Source: Acidimicrobiales bacterium
GTDB taxonomy: Bacteria > Actinomycetota > Acidimicrobiia > Acidimicrobiales > VFJN01
Reading direction: 5' to 3'
NCBI GenBank assembly: GCA_045807565.1
Contig: JBJMHD010000146.1
Span: 3,085 to 67,084 of the forward strand
Length of the DNA stretch: 64,000 nt
Made by a program: the position numbers and the translations under genes. The notes below the pieces were generated by a model. It was not told the DNA's origin. It made no database searches and was given only the letters and a program-made list of their open reading frames with translations. Shown piece by piece: positions 8,521 to 17,215 of this stretch; the stretch's first letter is position 1, and every line of letters starts with the position of its first letter.

Positions 8521-8970
8521 ATGCTGATGCGCACCGATCCGTTTCGTGACCTCGACCGCCTGGCCCAGCAGGCCTTCGGCACGCCCGCCCGCCCGGCGGC
8601 GATGCCGATCGACGCCTACCGCCACGCCGAGGAGTTCGTGGTGGAGCTCGACCTGCCCGGCGTCGACCCAGGGTCGATCGACCTGACGGTGGAGAAGAAC
8701 GTGCTGTCGATCCACGCCGAGCGCCGGCGCACGAGCCCTGAGGAGGCCGAGCTCGTCGTCGGCGAACGCCCCCACGGCACGTTCAGCCGCCAGCTCTTCC
8801 TCGGCGAGAGCCTGGACCCCGACCGCCTCGCCGCCGAGTACTCCGACGGCGTGCTCACCCTCCGGGTGCCGATCGCCGAGCGGGCCAAGCCGCGCCGCAT
8901 CGAGATCAGCCGGAGCTCGGACTCGAAGGTGATCGACGCGACGTCCGAGGAGCATGGCACCGCCGCCTGA
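8521..8970 (+). CDS. Hsp20/alpha-crystallin small heat-shock protein
   Basis: The ATG is preceded by a GAAGGGGG SD. The alpha-crystallin core runs FVVELDLPGVDPGSIDLTVEKNVLSI...GVLTLRVP. An alternative TTG start at 8497 is less likely. Confidence 0.9.
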   Translation: MLMRTDPFRDLDRLAQQAFGTPARPAAMPIDAYRHAEEFVVELDLPGVDPGSIDLTVEKNVLSIHAERRRTSPEEAELVVGERPHGTFSRQLFLGESLDPDRLAAEYSDGVLTLRVPIAERAKPRRIEISRSSDSKVIDATSEEHGTAA

Positions 8971-9313
8971 GTCGAGCGGACCGCCGGGGGGCCCGCTCGC
9001 CATCGACGACCACAACGCGCCCCTCTACACCGTGGGCCAGGTGGCCGAGCTGCTCGGCGTGCAACCCGCGTTCGTGCGACGCCTCGACACCGAGCACGTG
9101 GTGGAGCCCGCCCGATCGGCGGGCGGGCAACGCCGCTACAGCCGCGAGGACGTGGGCCAGGTGCAGGCGGTGTCGCGCATGGCGAGCGAAGGCATGACCC
9201 TTCCGGGGATCAAGCGGATCCTCGCGCTCGAGGCGCAGGTGGAACGGTTGCAGGCGCAGCTCGAGCGGCTCCAACGCAAGGTCGCGGGCACCACCCGCGG
9301 TGGCACGCGGTGA
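8954..9313 (+). CDS. MerR-family regulator, HspR-like
   Basis: The HTH is YTVGQVAELLGV, followed by GGQRRYSREDV and a coiled-coil tail that strongly recalls HspR. It overlaps hsp20 by 17 nt. Confidence 0.75.
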   Translation: MAPPPESSGPPGGPLAIDDHNAPLYTVGQVAELLGVQPAFVRRLDTEHVVEPARSAGGQRRYSREDVGQVQAVSRMASEGMTLPGIKRILALEAQVERLQAQLERLQRKVAGTTRGGTR

Positions 9314-9322
9314 CGGACGGAC

Positions 9323-9655
9323 ATGGAGGGCGGGGTGCAGGACACGAACAGCGAGCGCGCAGACGAGATGGAGGGGGAGGCGCTCCTCCGCGATGCTCGG
9401 ATCGCTGAGCTCGTCCGGGAGGTCGAGGTCCTCAAGGGCGCGATGCAGCACAGCTCGGTGATCGAGCAGGCCAAGGGCGTGCTGATGCACTCGATGCAGT
9501 GCGGTCCCGACGCCGCGTTCGCCGTGCTGGTGGCGGCATCCCAGCGCGAGAACGTGAAGCTGCGGGTCGTGGCCGCTCGCATCGCCGCCGCCCAAGACGT
9601 CGCCGCCCAGAGCGCCGCCACGCCCGACGCACCGACCCAGGACGGAGACGCCTAG
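9323..9655 (+). CDS. stand-alone ANTAR-domain (RNA-binding antiterminator-type) protein
   Basis: The ANTAR core is IEQAKGVLMHSMQCGPDAAFAVLVAASQRENVKLRVVAARI, after a short coiled-coil. Confidence 0.75.
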   Translation: MEGGVQDTNSERADEMEGEALLRDARIAELVREVEVLKGAMQHSSVIEQAKGVLMHSMQCGPDAAFAVLVAASQRENVKLRVVAARIAAAQDVAAQSAATPDAPTQDGDA

Positions 9656-10050
9656 CCCTCCGACACGAACTCGGCGGTGCGGTGGTGGAACCGCCACGCA
9701 CCGCCGTCCTCGTGCAAGACGTCCCGGTACCGGCCGACGAGCTGCACCTGCCAGCTCCCGTCGATCCGCAGCAGGAGCACGACGTCGCTGACGGCGGTGG
9801 CCTCGCGCTCGTCCCACGCCGTGATGTTGGTGTTGAGCACGAGGTGGCGCTGCGGCATCCGCGGCACCCAACGCCCGTAGGCCGCCCGCAGCCCGGCGTG
9901 ACCCTCGTGGACCCCGAGGTCGCCCATGTCGATGGCACCGTCCTCGCAGAAGGTGGCGACCACGTCGTCGGTGCGGCCGTCGTCCAGCGCATGGGCGTAC
10001 GCCGCCAGCGCGTTGCGGACACCCTCGCTCACGTCGGCGAAGCTGGCCAT
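9652..10050 (-). CDS. NTF2/SnoaL-like protein, possible beta-like partner of the upstream Rieske oxygenase
   Basis: The ATG at 10050 overlaps the TGA of the Rieske gene by 1 nt. The 132-aa ORF has a SnoaL_4-like pattern (ALAAYAHALDDGRTDDVVATF ... GAWRFHHR). Confidence 0.7.
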   Translation of the reverse strand: MASFADVSEGVRNALAAYAHALDDGRTDDVVATFCEDGAIDMGDLGVHEGHAGLRAAYGRWVPRMPQRHLVLNTNITAWDEREATAVSDVVLLLRIDGSWQVQLVGRYRDVLHEDGGAWRFHHRTAEFVSEG

Positions 10051-11417
10051 CAGAGGTCGAGGTCCACGATGGGCCGCTCGAGGGGGTTCACGTTGACCTC
10101 TCGCAGGGCCGGGAGCAGCCGCTCGTACGGCAGCCCGGCGAGGAAGCCGTCGATCACGCGCTCGAGGTTGGCCAGGTGGCCCTCGGCGCGCTCCGAGAAC
10201 CGCATGTACTCGAACCCCTTGGTGTGGAGGCCGCGCTGCTGCTTCGGCAGGTTCGAGAAGTCCTGGGTGGGGATCGGCGGCCAGCGGGGGTCGTCGTGCT
10301 CCCACACCTCCGGCGGGGTGGGCGGCGGCGGCTCGTGTCCCTCGGGGTAGCGGGTGAGCGACCAGATCTCCATCAGCGTCTCCTCCGGTCCCAGCGGCCG
10401 GAAGCGGTACGACGACGCGCTGCTGTACATCGGCAGCACGAACCAGTGCGGGAAGCAGTACCCCATCGGCTCGTTGACGCCCCGAGCCTCGAGGTCGTTC
10501 AGGTCCGGCACGTCATGTCCCTGGGCCCGGTGCCACTCGACCACGGCGTCGTTGAGCGAGCGGTACCAGGTGGCCATCCCCTCCTCGGCGTCGGCCGGGA
10601 GCTCGAGGTCGCGCAGCTCCTCGGCGATGCGGAGGTCGCTGGCGTGGACCATGCCCGCCATGCCGTCGCTCATCGTGCGCAGGTACTGCAGCTCGGCCTC
10701 GACGAACGCGCGGGGATCGAAGGGCGCCCCCTCCTTCGCCGAGTAGCGCATGCCTGGGATCACGAGCTGCGGGTGCGCCTCCACGACGTGGTACTGCTCC
10801 TGGAAGGCCTGCTGCGCGAGCTTCCAGTTCACGGGGAGCCGGCAGGCGTACCACCACTCCGTGCGCAGCGACTCCACCTTCCAGGCGTCGAGGATCGTGG
10901 CCGCCGGCTCGAGGCACTCGCGCAGCGGCGGCGCGCTGTCATCCAGGTTGATCCACGCGCACCCGCCCCAGGTGTCGCAGCGCACGGGCACGAGGTCGAT
11001 GTCACCGGGCTGGAGCTGGTGCTCGCCGAAGGTCCGGCGCTGGGGCACGTGGGTGTTCTCGCCGTCCTGGCCGTAGCACCACCCGTGGAAGGGGCAGGTG
11101 AACCCGCTCTCGCACGTGGCCCGCCCGGTGACGAGCTTCACGCCTCGGTGTCGGCAGGCGTTCTGGAACGCTCGCACCGCCCCGTCGCCGCCCCGCAGCA
11201 CGATCACGGACTGGTCGAGGATCTCGTACTCCACGGCGTCGCCGGGGCTCGGGATCTCCTCCAGGCGGCACGCCATCTGCCACACCCGGGACCACAGCTG
11301 GTCGGCCTCGAGGGCAAAGAACGCAGGATCGACGTAGCGCTCCTTGGCGGCACGGTCCGGCACCTCGATCGCGTGGGGCACCGGCAGGGCCGCCCACTTG
11401 TGATCCACGATCGCCAT
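10050..11417 (-). CDS. Rieske [2Fe-2S] non-heme iron oxygenase, alpha subunit (copy 2, divergent type)
   Basis: The Rieske motif is CRHRG...CPFHGW. The catalytic domain has a QEQYHVVEAH iron motif. Confidence 0.85.
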   Translation of the reverse strand: MAIVDHKWAALPVPHAIEVPDRAAKERYVDPAFFALEADQLWSRVWQMACRLEEIPSPGDAVEYEILDQSVIVLRGGDGAVRAFQNACRHRGVKLVTGRATCESGFTCPFHGWCYGQDGENTHVPQRRTFGEHQLQPGDIDLVPVRCDTWGGCAWINLDDSAPPLRECLEPAATILDAWKVESLRTEWWYACRLPVNWKLAQQAFQEQYHVVEAHPQLVIPGMRYSAKEGAPFDPRAFVEAELQYLRTMSDGMAGMVHASDLRIAEELRDLELPADAEEGMATWYRSLNDAVVEWHRAQGHDVPDLNDLEARGVNEPMGYCFPHWFVLPMYSSASSYRFRPLGPEETLMEIWSLTRYPEGHEPPPPTPPEVWEHDDPRWPPIPTQDFSNLPKQQRGLHTKGFEYMRFSERAEGHLANLERVIDGFLAGLPYERLLPALREVNVNPLERPIVDLDL

Positions 11418-11447
11418 GCTGCCCGTCCCCCTGGGAGCTCCGTGCCG

Positions 11448-11484
11448 GAGAACTATGCTAACCGCTCAGTACAATGACGTTCTC
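11448..11484. promoter_or_regulatory. inverted repeat GAGAAC-N25-GTTCTC in the Rieske-2 / BVMO divergent gap
   Basis: The arms are at 11448..11453 and 11479..11484. The right arm lies in codons 2-4 of the BVMO gene. Confidence 0.3.
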
Positions 11485-13105
11485 GCCCGGTTCCGAGCCG
11501 GTGGACGTGCTGGTCGTCGGCGCCGGCATCACCGGGATCTACCAGCTCTTCCGCGCCCGCGAGGCCGGGTTCTCGGTCGGTCTGCTCGAGGCGGGGGACG
11601 GGGTGGGCGGCACCTGGTTCTGGAACCGCTACCCCGGGGCCCGGTTCGACTCGGAGAGCTACACGTACGGCTACTTCTTCAGCCAGGAGCTCTTCGACGA
11701 GTGGGAGTGGTCGGAGCACTTCGCCGGCCAGCCCGAGGTGGAGCGGTACCTGAACCACGTCGTCGACCGCTTCGACCTGCGGCGCCACATGCGCTTCGGC
11801 GCGCAGGTCGCCTCGGCACGGTTCGACGAGGGCAGCGCCACCTGGGCCGTCACCACCGACGGCGGCGACGTCGTACGCGCCCGCTTCCTCATCTCCTCCA
11901 CCGGCGTGCTCTCGGTGCCGTACGTCCCGGACGTCCCCGGGCAGGACGACTTCCTCGGGGTGCAGCAGCACACCGGGCGGTGGCCGGCCTCCCCCGTCGA
12001 GCTGGCCGGGAAGCGGGTGGCGGTGATCGGCACCTCGTCGAGCGGGGTGCAGGTCGTGGCCGCGATCGTCGACGAGGTCGCCGCGCTCACCGTCTACCAG
12101 CGGTCCGCGAACTGGTGCACGCCCCTGAACAACCGACCCATCACCGCCGAGGAGCAGGCGGCCCTGCGCGCCGACTTCGAGCAGCTGCGCCACACGGTGA
12201 GCACGTCGGTGCACGGCTTCCACCACCCGGTCAACGAGCGCAGCGCCTTCGACGACACCCCGGAGGCGCGCCTCGCGTTCTTCGAGGAAATGTGGGCGAG
12301 CCCGGGGTTCATGAAGTTCACGAGCAACTACGTCGACCTCCTCACCAACCCTGAGGCGAACGCCGAGTGGTGCGAGTTCATCGCCGGCAAGATCCGCGAG
12401 CTCGTGCACGACCCCGACACCGCCGAGCGGCTCATCCCCACCGACCACCGCTACGGCGAGAAGCGACCGCCCTACGTCGCCGGCTACTTCGAGGTGTTCA
12501 ACGAGCCGCACGTCGAGCTGGTCGACCTGCGCGACACCCCGATCGTGCGCCTCACCCCGACGGGGATCGACACGACGGGGGGCACGCGAGAACACGACGT
12601 GATCGTGTGGGCCACCGGGTTCGACTTCGGCACCGGAGCCCTGCGCCGCATGGGCATCCGGGGCCGCGGCGGCCTCGCCCTCGAGGACCACTGGGCCGAC
12701 GGCCCCACCACGTTCCTGGGCGTGCAGACCGCAGGGTTCCCCAACCTCTTCTTCCCCGGCGGCCCGCACGCCGCCGCCGGCAACAACCCCCGGTACAACG
12801 GCGACCAGGTCGACTTCATCACGGACCTCCTCGTCCACGCCCGCGCCCGAGGCTGCGATCTCGTCGAGGTCACATCGGAAGCCGAGGATCGCTGGACGGC
12901 GACGATCGACAAGGCCGCCGCTCGCACCCCGTTCGGCACGATCGGCCAGTACGTGGGCGGGAACATCCCGGGGAAGCCCCGGCGGTACCTGTTGAACGCG
13001 GCCGGCCGTCCGAAGCTGTTCTCGACGATCGCCGAGGTGGTCGACGCCGGCTACGCCGACTTCAGGATGACGTCCCTCGCCGAGCCCGCCGCGCCCCGGA
13101 GCTGA
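11474..13105 (+). CDS. Baeyer-Villiger (type I flavin-containing) monooxygenase
   Basis: It has the FAD motif GAGITG, GGTWFWNRYPG, the BVMO fingerprint FLGVQQHTGRWP and a second Rossmann motif GTSSSG. Confidence 0.85.
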   Translation: MTFSPGSEPVDVLVVGAGITGIYQLFRAREAGFSVGLLEAGDGVGGTWFWNRYPGARFDSESYTYGYFFSQELFDEWEWSEHFAGQPEVERYLNHVVDRFDLRRHMRFGAQVASARFDEGSATWAVTTDGGDVVRARFLISSTGVLSVPYVPDVPGQDDFLGVQQHTGRWPASPVELAGKRVAVIGTSSSGVQVVAAIVDEVAALTVYQRSANWCTPLNNRPITAEEQAALRADFEQLRHTVSTSVHGFHHPVNERSAFDDTPEARLAFFEEMWASPGFMKFTSNYVDLLTNPEANAEWCEFIAGKIRELVHDPDTAERLIPTDHRYGEKRPPYVAGYFEVFNEPHVELVDLRDTPIVRLTPTGIDTTGGTREHDVIVWATGFDFGTGALRRMGIRGRGGLALEDHWADGPTTFLGVQTAGFPNLFFPGGPHAAAGNNPRYNGDQVDFITDLLVHARARGCDLVEVTSEAEDRWTATIDKAAARTPFGTIGQYVGGNIPGKPRRYLLNAAGRPKLFSTIAEVVDAGYADFRMTSLAEPAAPRS

Positions 13106-13181
13106 GCGCCGGAGGGTGTCGCCACGCGATCGCAACACGGCCTAGGGTCACCGGCGGCAGGCGGCCGACCCACCAGGAGAC

Positions 13182-13844
13182 GTGTTGACGGCCATCCGAC
13201 GGCACCCTGCTGCCGTTGCCTCCATCCTCGTCTTCGCCCTCGCCGCCACCGGCTGCGGAGGACGGCCGGCGGCGAGCCCCGCTGCCACTCCCACCGAGGA
13301 CGCTCGCGTCGCGGTCGCGCGCGACCACCGCTCCGTGGTCGCCGCTCCGACCACGACCACCACCACGGCACCCGCCACCACCACGACCACCGCGGCACCC
13401 GCCCCAGCGCCTCCGGTGGCCACGGTGCGGCGGGCGTCGGCGCCAGTCGCCGCCCCACCCGCCCCGGCGGTGCCGGATCCGACGGGCGAGGCGCGGGCGC
13501 TCCAGCTCGTCAACGCCGAGCGGGCGCAGGCCGGGGTGCCACCGCTCCAGCTCAACACCGCCGCTCGGTCTGTCGCGCGCACGTGGTCCGAGCACATGGC
13601 AGCGGGCGGCCTCTCGCACAACCCCGACCTCAGCGGCGACCTCAACCGCGCCGGCGTCACGGGCTGGACCACCTGTGGCGAGAACGTGGGCTACAGCGAG
13701 GACGTCGACGGCGTCCACGCTCTGTTCATGGCGTCGCCGGGCCACCGCGCCCACATGCTCGATCCTGCGTTCCTTCAGGTGGGCATCGGCGTCGTGCACG
13801 CTGCCGGGAAGACCTGGGTGACCATGGACCTGGTCGCGTACTAG
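13182..13844 (+). CDS. secreted CAP/SCP (YkwD-like) domain lipoprotein
   Basis: It has a lipobox LAATGC and a Thr/Ala/Pro linker with two TTTTT(T)AP(A) units. The CAP core runs LVNAERAQAGVPPL ... GENVGY ... SPGHRAHML. Confidence 0.8.
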   Translation: MLTAIRRHPAAVASILVFALAATGCGGRPAASPAATPTEDARVAVARDHRSVVAAPTTTTTTAPATTTTTAAPAPAPPVATVRRASAPVAAPPAPAVPDPTGEARALQLVNAERAQAGVPPLQLNTAARSVARTWSEHMAAGGLSHNPDLSGDLNRAGVTGWTTCGENVGYSEDVDGVHALFMASPGHRAHMLDPAFLQVGIGVVHAAGKTWVTMDLVAY

Positions 13845-13911
13845 GCGACCGGCCGTCAGCCGCCCTCGGGGGCGCGGACGTCGAGGTGGAGGCGCGTGAG
13901 GTCGTCCACGG

Positions 13912-14970
13912 TCACACGGTCGCGATCGGGGTGACCGGCGAGCCGACGATGCCGGGCAGCCGCAACGGTGGCGCGGTGAGCAGGAAGCGACTGCGCTGGT
14001 GCTCGCGCAGCCAGGCCGCCAGCTCGTGCAGGTACCACAGCTCTCCCAAGGGCACGCCGAGCTTGAAGAGGCAGAGGTGGTGGATGGGCAGGAACGAGTG
14101 ACGGCTCGGGTCCCTGTCCTTCCCGAGCAGGCCCTCCACCGCGTAGTTGTCGGCCACCAGCGCCGAGATCTGCGAGCTGCCGATCCACTGGAGCAGGGCG
14201 TCGTCCTTGGCATCGAGGTACGCGCAGGTGGTGAAGAGCTCTCGCGGATCGGGGGTGCCCGCCCACTCGACCACCTTGGTGGCGAACCCGGTGTGGAGCA
14301 GGAGCACATCGCCCGGCTCGACCACCACGCCGTCGGCGTCCATCACCTCCTGGAGGGTGCCGAGGTCGACGGCGCGCCAGTCGTGGCCGAGGTGGTGCGC
14401 CAGGTCGACGAGCACGCCGCGGCCCTGCACGCCGTGGACGGCCATGTGCTCCAACCCCAGGTGGTGCGCGAAGGATCGGTGCCCACCGCCGTCGCCCCGG
14501 GCATCGTCGCGCGGACCGACCAGGTCGATCCCCGCCCGGTAGCCGTTGTAGTACACGGCCTCCTCGGCGCCGTCGCCGTCGGCGTCGAACTCGGCACCGA
14601 CGTGGGCCAGCGAGTCCCACTGGGTCGAGTACTGGAGCGACAGCGTCACGACGTCGTCCGCCCAGACATCGACGTACTTGGGATCGCCGAAGTCAGGCAT
14701 CTCGCTCATGTGCACGTTGAAGAAGGTGGCGGCGTTCCCGTCCATGTCCTCGGTGGGGGCCAGGGCCGGAGGGTGGCGTCGCTGGTTGAGCGCGGTGCCC
14801 CCGGGCAGGTCGAGCGGGAGGCTGAGGCAGAAGGTGATGCCGTGCTGCACCTCGCTGATCCCCTGCCGCACCTTCTCGGGGGTCAGCAGGTTGATGCGGC
14901 CGAGCTCGTCGTCGTCGCCCCAATCGCCCCAGGTGGAGCCGTCCGGCCGCTGCTTCCAACGCTTCGCCAC
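13912..14970 (-). CDS. cyclase-family protein (kynurenine-formamidase-like fold)
   Basis: The GTG at 14970 has a GAGAGGGG SD 5 nt upstream. WGDDDELGRINLLT and QWDSLAHVG segments are typical of the putative cyclase family. The upstream 89 codons in the ORF track are not coding-like. Confidence 0.75.
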   Translation of the reverse strand: MAKRWKQRPDGSTWGDWGDDDELGRINLLTPEKVRQGISEVQHGITFCLSLPLDLPGGTALNQRRHPPALAPTEDMDGNAATFFNVHMSEMPDFGDPKYVDVWADDVVTLSLQYSTQWDSLAHVGAEFDADGDGAEEAVYYNGYRAGIDLVGPRDDARGDGGGHRSFAHHLGLEHMAVHGVQGRGVLVDLAHHLGHDWRAVDLGTLQEVMDADGVVVEPGDVLLLHTGFATKVVEWAGTPDPRELFTTCAYLDAKDDALLQWIGSSQISALVADNYAVEGLLGKDRDPSRHSFLPIHHLCLFKLGVPLGELWYLHELAAWLREHQRSRFLLTAPPLRLPGIVGSPVTPIATV

Positions 14971-15022
14971 CGCTGCCCCTCTCGTTGCACGCCCTCGACG
15001 GCTGTGCGTACTCTTGCAACCA

Positions 15023-15051
15023 GGTTCGCGCCTGTCGAGAACCATATTTCC
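15023..15051. promoter_or_regulatory. inverted repeat GGTTCGCG-N5-CGAGAACC overlapping a GAGAACCATATTTCC box
   Basis: It lies in the 97-nt divergent gap between the cyclase-family gene (start 14970, minus) and the amidohydrolase gene (start 15068, plus). Seven of eight arm positions are complementary. Confidence 0.35.
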
Positions 15052-15067
15052 ACCCCGGGGGACCGCC

Positions 15068-16312
15068 ATGGCCGACAAGGACTTCGTCGTCTCCGGCGAC
15101 GGCCACCTGCTCGAACCGATCGACCTCTTCAGGACCCGCCTCCCCGAGCACCTGCGGGACCGCGCCGTGTGGGAGGAGGACTTCGAGATCGAGCCGCTGG
15201 TGCCAGGCGGCGCCACCGTGTTCCGCCGCCTGCACACCGCCGGCTACGAGGGGTGGACGGTCTCCCGCTACCGCCAGACGAGCGGGCGCACACCTGAGGG
15301 CGACCCGGACGTGATCCTCGAGGACATGGACCTCGACGGCGTGGACGTGCAGGTGATGCACCCGAACCTCTCGCTGTTCGGGCTGTACTCCGACGACCAC
15401 GAGCTCTCGATGGCGCACGCCCGCGTCTACAACGACTACGTCGCGGAGCGGTTCGGATCGCACTTCGATCGGATCTGCCCCACCGCACCCGTGCCGATCA
15501 CCGACGTGGGCGACGCCGTCGCGGAGATCGAGCGGGTCGCCGCTGCCGGCTTCCGTGCGGTCTTGCTGCCGGCCACGCCGCCGCGCAGCTACTACACCCG
15601 CGACCTCGACCCGGTGTGGGCGGCGCTCAGCGACACCGGGCTCCAGCCCTTCTTCCACACCCAGACCGGTGGCGTGAGCGTCCACGACGACGAGGCGGTC
15701 ACCCTCAAGGTCGTGCTCGAGAACGCCGCCCAGGTGAACCAGCCCATGACCGAGAAGGCGGCGGCCAAGCGCATGGTCACCCAGGCCGTGTACAGCACGC
15801 TGGCGCCGAGCCAGCTCATCTGCCAGCTCGTGGGCGGCGGCGTGCCCGAGCGCTACCCGCGGCTCCACTTCTCGCTCATCGAGTTCAACGCCCACTGGCT
15901 CGCGTCGCTCGTCGGCGGCATGGACAAGTGCTGGGTGACGGGCATCGGACAGGACGCCGACTGGTGGCTCGGCCGATGGGATGACACCCGTCCGCCCGAC
16001 GACCAGCCCGACATGGCGCAGCTGTTCAAGCTGAACGAGAAGTGGCCCTACCCGCTGAAGCCGAGCGAGTACGTGCAACGCCAGTTCCACGTCCAGTTCC
16101 AGGACGACCCGGTCGCCATCGCGTGCCGCCACATCACCGGGATCTCCACGCTCGTCTGGGGCAACGACTACCCGCACGCCGAAGGCACGTTCCGCGGCAG
16201 CCGCGAGCTCAACGCCCAGCAGTTCGCCGGCGTCCCCGACGACGAGCGCCGGGCGATCCTCGGCGGCACCCTCGGCGACCTCCTGGGCTACCGAGCCCCC
16301 GTCGCCGCCTGA
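15068..16312 (+). CDS. amidohydrolase-2 (ACMSD/LigW-like) family protein
   Basis: The ATG at 15068 is followed by VVSGDGHLLEP. A C-terminal WGNDYPHAEG segment is present. Confidence 0.75.
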   Translation: MADKDFVVSGDGHLLEPIDLFRTRLPEHLRDRAVWEEDFEIEPLVPGGATVFRRLHTAGYEGWTVSRYRQTSGRTPEGDPDVILEDMDLDGVDVQVMHPNLSLFGLYSDDHELSMAHARVYNDYVAERFGSHFDRICPTAPVPITDVGDAVAEIERVAAAGFRAVLLPATPPRSYYTRDLDPVWAALSDTGLQPFFHTQTGGVSVHDDEAVTLKVVLENAAQVNQPMTEKAAAKRMVTQAVYSTLAPSQLICQLVGGGVPERYPRLHFSLIEFNAHWLASLVGGMDKCWVTGIGQDADWWLGRWDDTRPPDDQPDMAQLFKLNEKWPYPLKPSEYVQRQFHVQFQDDPVAIACRHITGISTLVWGNDYPHAEGTFRGSRELNAQQFAGVPDDERRAILGGTLGDLLGYRAPVAA

Positions 16313-16324
16313 GCCCGGTCGATC

Positions 16325-17215
16325 GTGGACCTTCGCTTCGACGGGCGCGTCGCGGTCGTCACCGGCGCCGGGCGCGGGCTCGGGCGCTCCTACGCGCTCC
16401 TGCTGGCGGAGCGCGGGGCCAGCGTCGTGGTGAACGACCTCGGCGGTGAGGTCGACGGCACGGGCGCCGACACCACGCCGGCGGCGCGCGTCGTCGCCGA
16501 GATCGAGGGCGCCGGCGGCACCGCCGTGGCAGACGCGAGCGACGTGTCGACCGAGCCCGGCGCGACGGCGCTGATCGCCACTGCGGTCGAGCAGCTCGGA
16601 CGCCTCGACGTCCTGGTGGCCAACGCGGGGATCATGCGGTGGGCGGAGTTCCCCGACGTGGACGCTGACGACCTCGCCCGGCACCTCGCCGTGCACGTGG
16701 GAGGCTCCTTCCACACCGCCCGCGCCGCGTGGCCGCACCTCGTCGCCCAGGGCTACGGCCGCATCGTGCTCACGACGTCGACGGGGCTCCTCGGGGTCCG
16801 GGGCAACACGTCCTACGCCGCCGCCAAGGGCGCCGTGCTCGGACTGGCGCGCAGCCTGGCCCTCGCCGGCGCCCCTCACGACATCAAGGTGAACTGCATC
16901 GCCCCGGCCGCCTCCACCCGCATGGCGGGGGGGCACGGCCCCGAGCTGCCCGAAGAGGAGGCGGCGCCGATGGCGGCCTACCTCGCCCACGAGTCCTGTC
17001 CGGTCTCGGGTGAGACGTACACCGCGGGGGGCGGCCGGTTCGCACGGCTGTTCATCGGCTCCACCGAGGGCCACGTGCCGGCCGGCGAGGGACCGGCGAC
17101 GATCGAGGACGTCGCCTCGCACTGGGCAGAGATCAACGACCCGGCCGACTTCTACGTGCCGGCCGACCTGATCGCCTGGTCGACGCGGTTCCTCTCGCAC
17201 CGGAGCGCGCGATGA
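16325..17215 (+). CDS. SDR-family oxidoreductase
   Basis: GTG start, with TGAGRGLG, NAG and catalytic YAAAK. Confidence 0.8.
   Translation: MDLRFDGRVAVVTGAGRGLGRSYALLLAERGASVVVNDLGGEVDGTGADTTPAARVVAEIEGAGGTAVADASDVSTEPGATALIATAVEQLGRLDVLVANAGIMRWAEFPDVDADDLARHLAVHVGGSFHTARAAWPHLVAQGYGRIVLTTSTGLLGVRGNTSYAAAKGAVLGLARSLALAGAPHDIKVNCIAPAASTRMAGGHGPELPEEEAAPMAAYLAHESCPVSGETYTAGGGRFARLFIGSTEGHVPAGEGPATIEDVASHWAEINDPADFYVPADLIAWSTRFLSHRSAR

Noticed and set aside
13845-13911. Possible bidirectional terminator between the convergent CAP and cyclase-family genes.
   Set aside because: Only an imperfect G/C-rich pairing (GCCGCCC...GGGGCGC, 5 of 7) is present and there is no U-tract.
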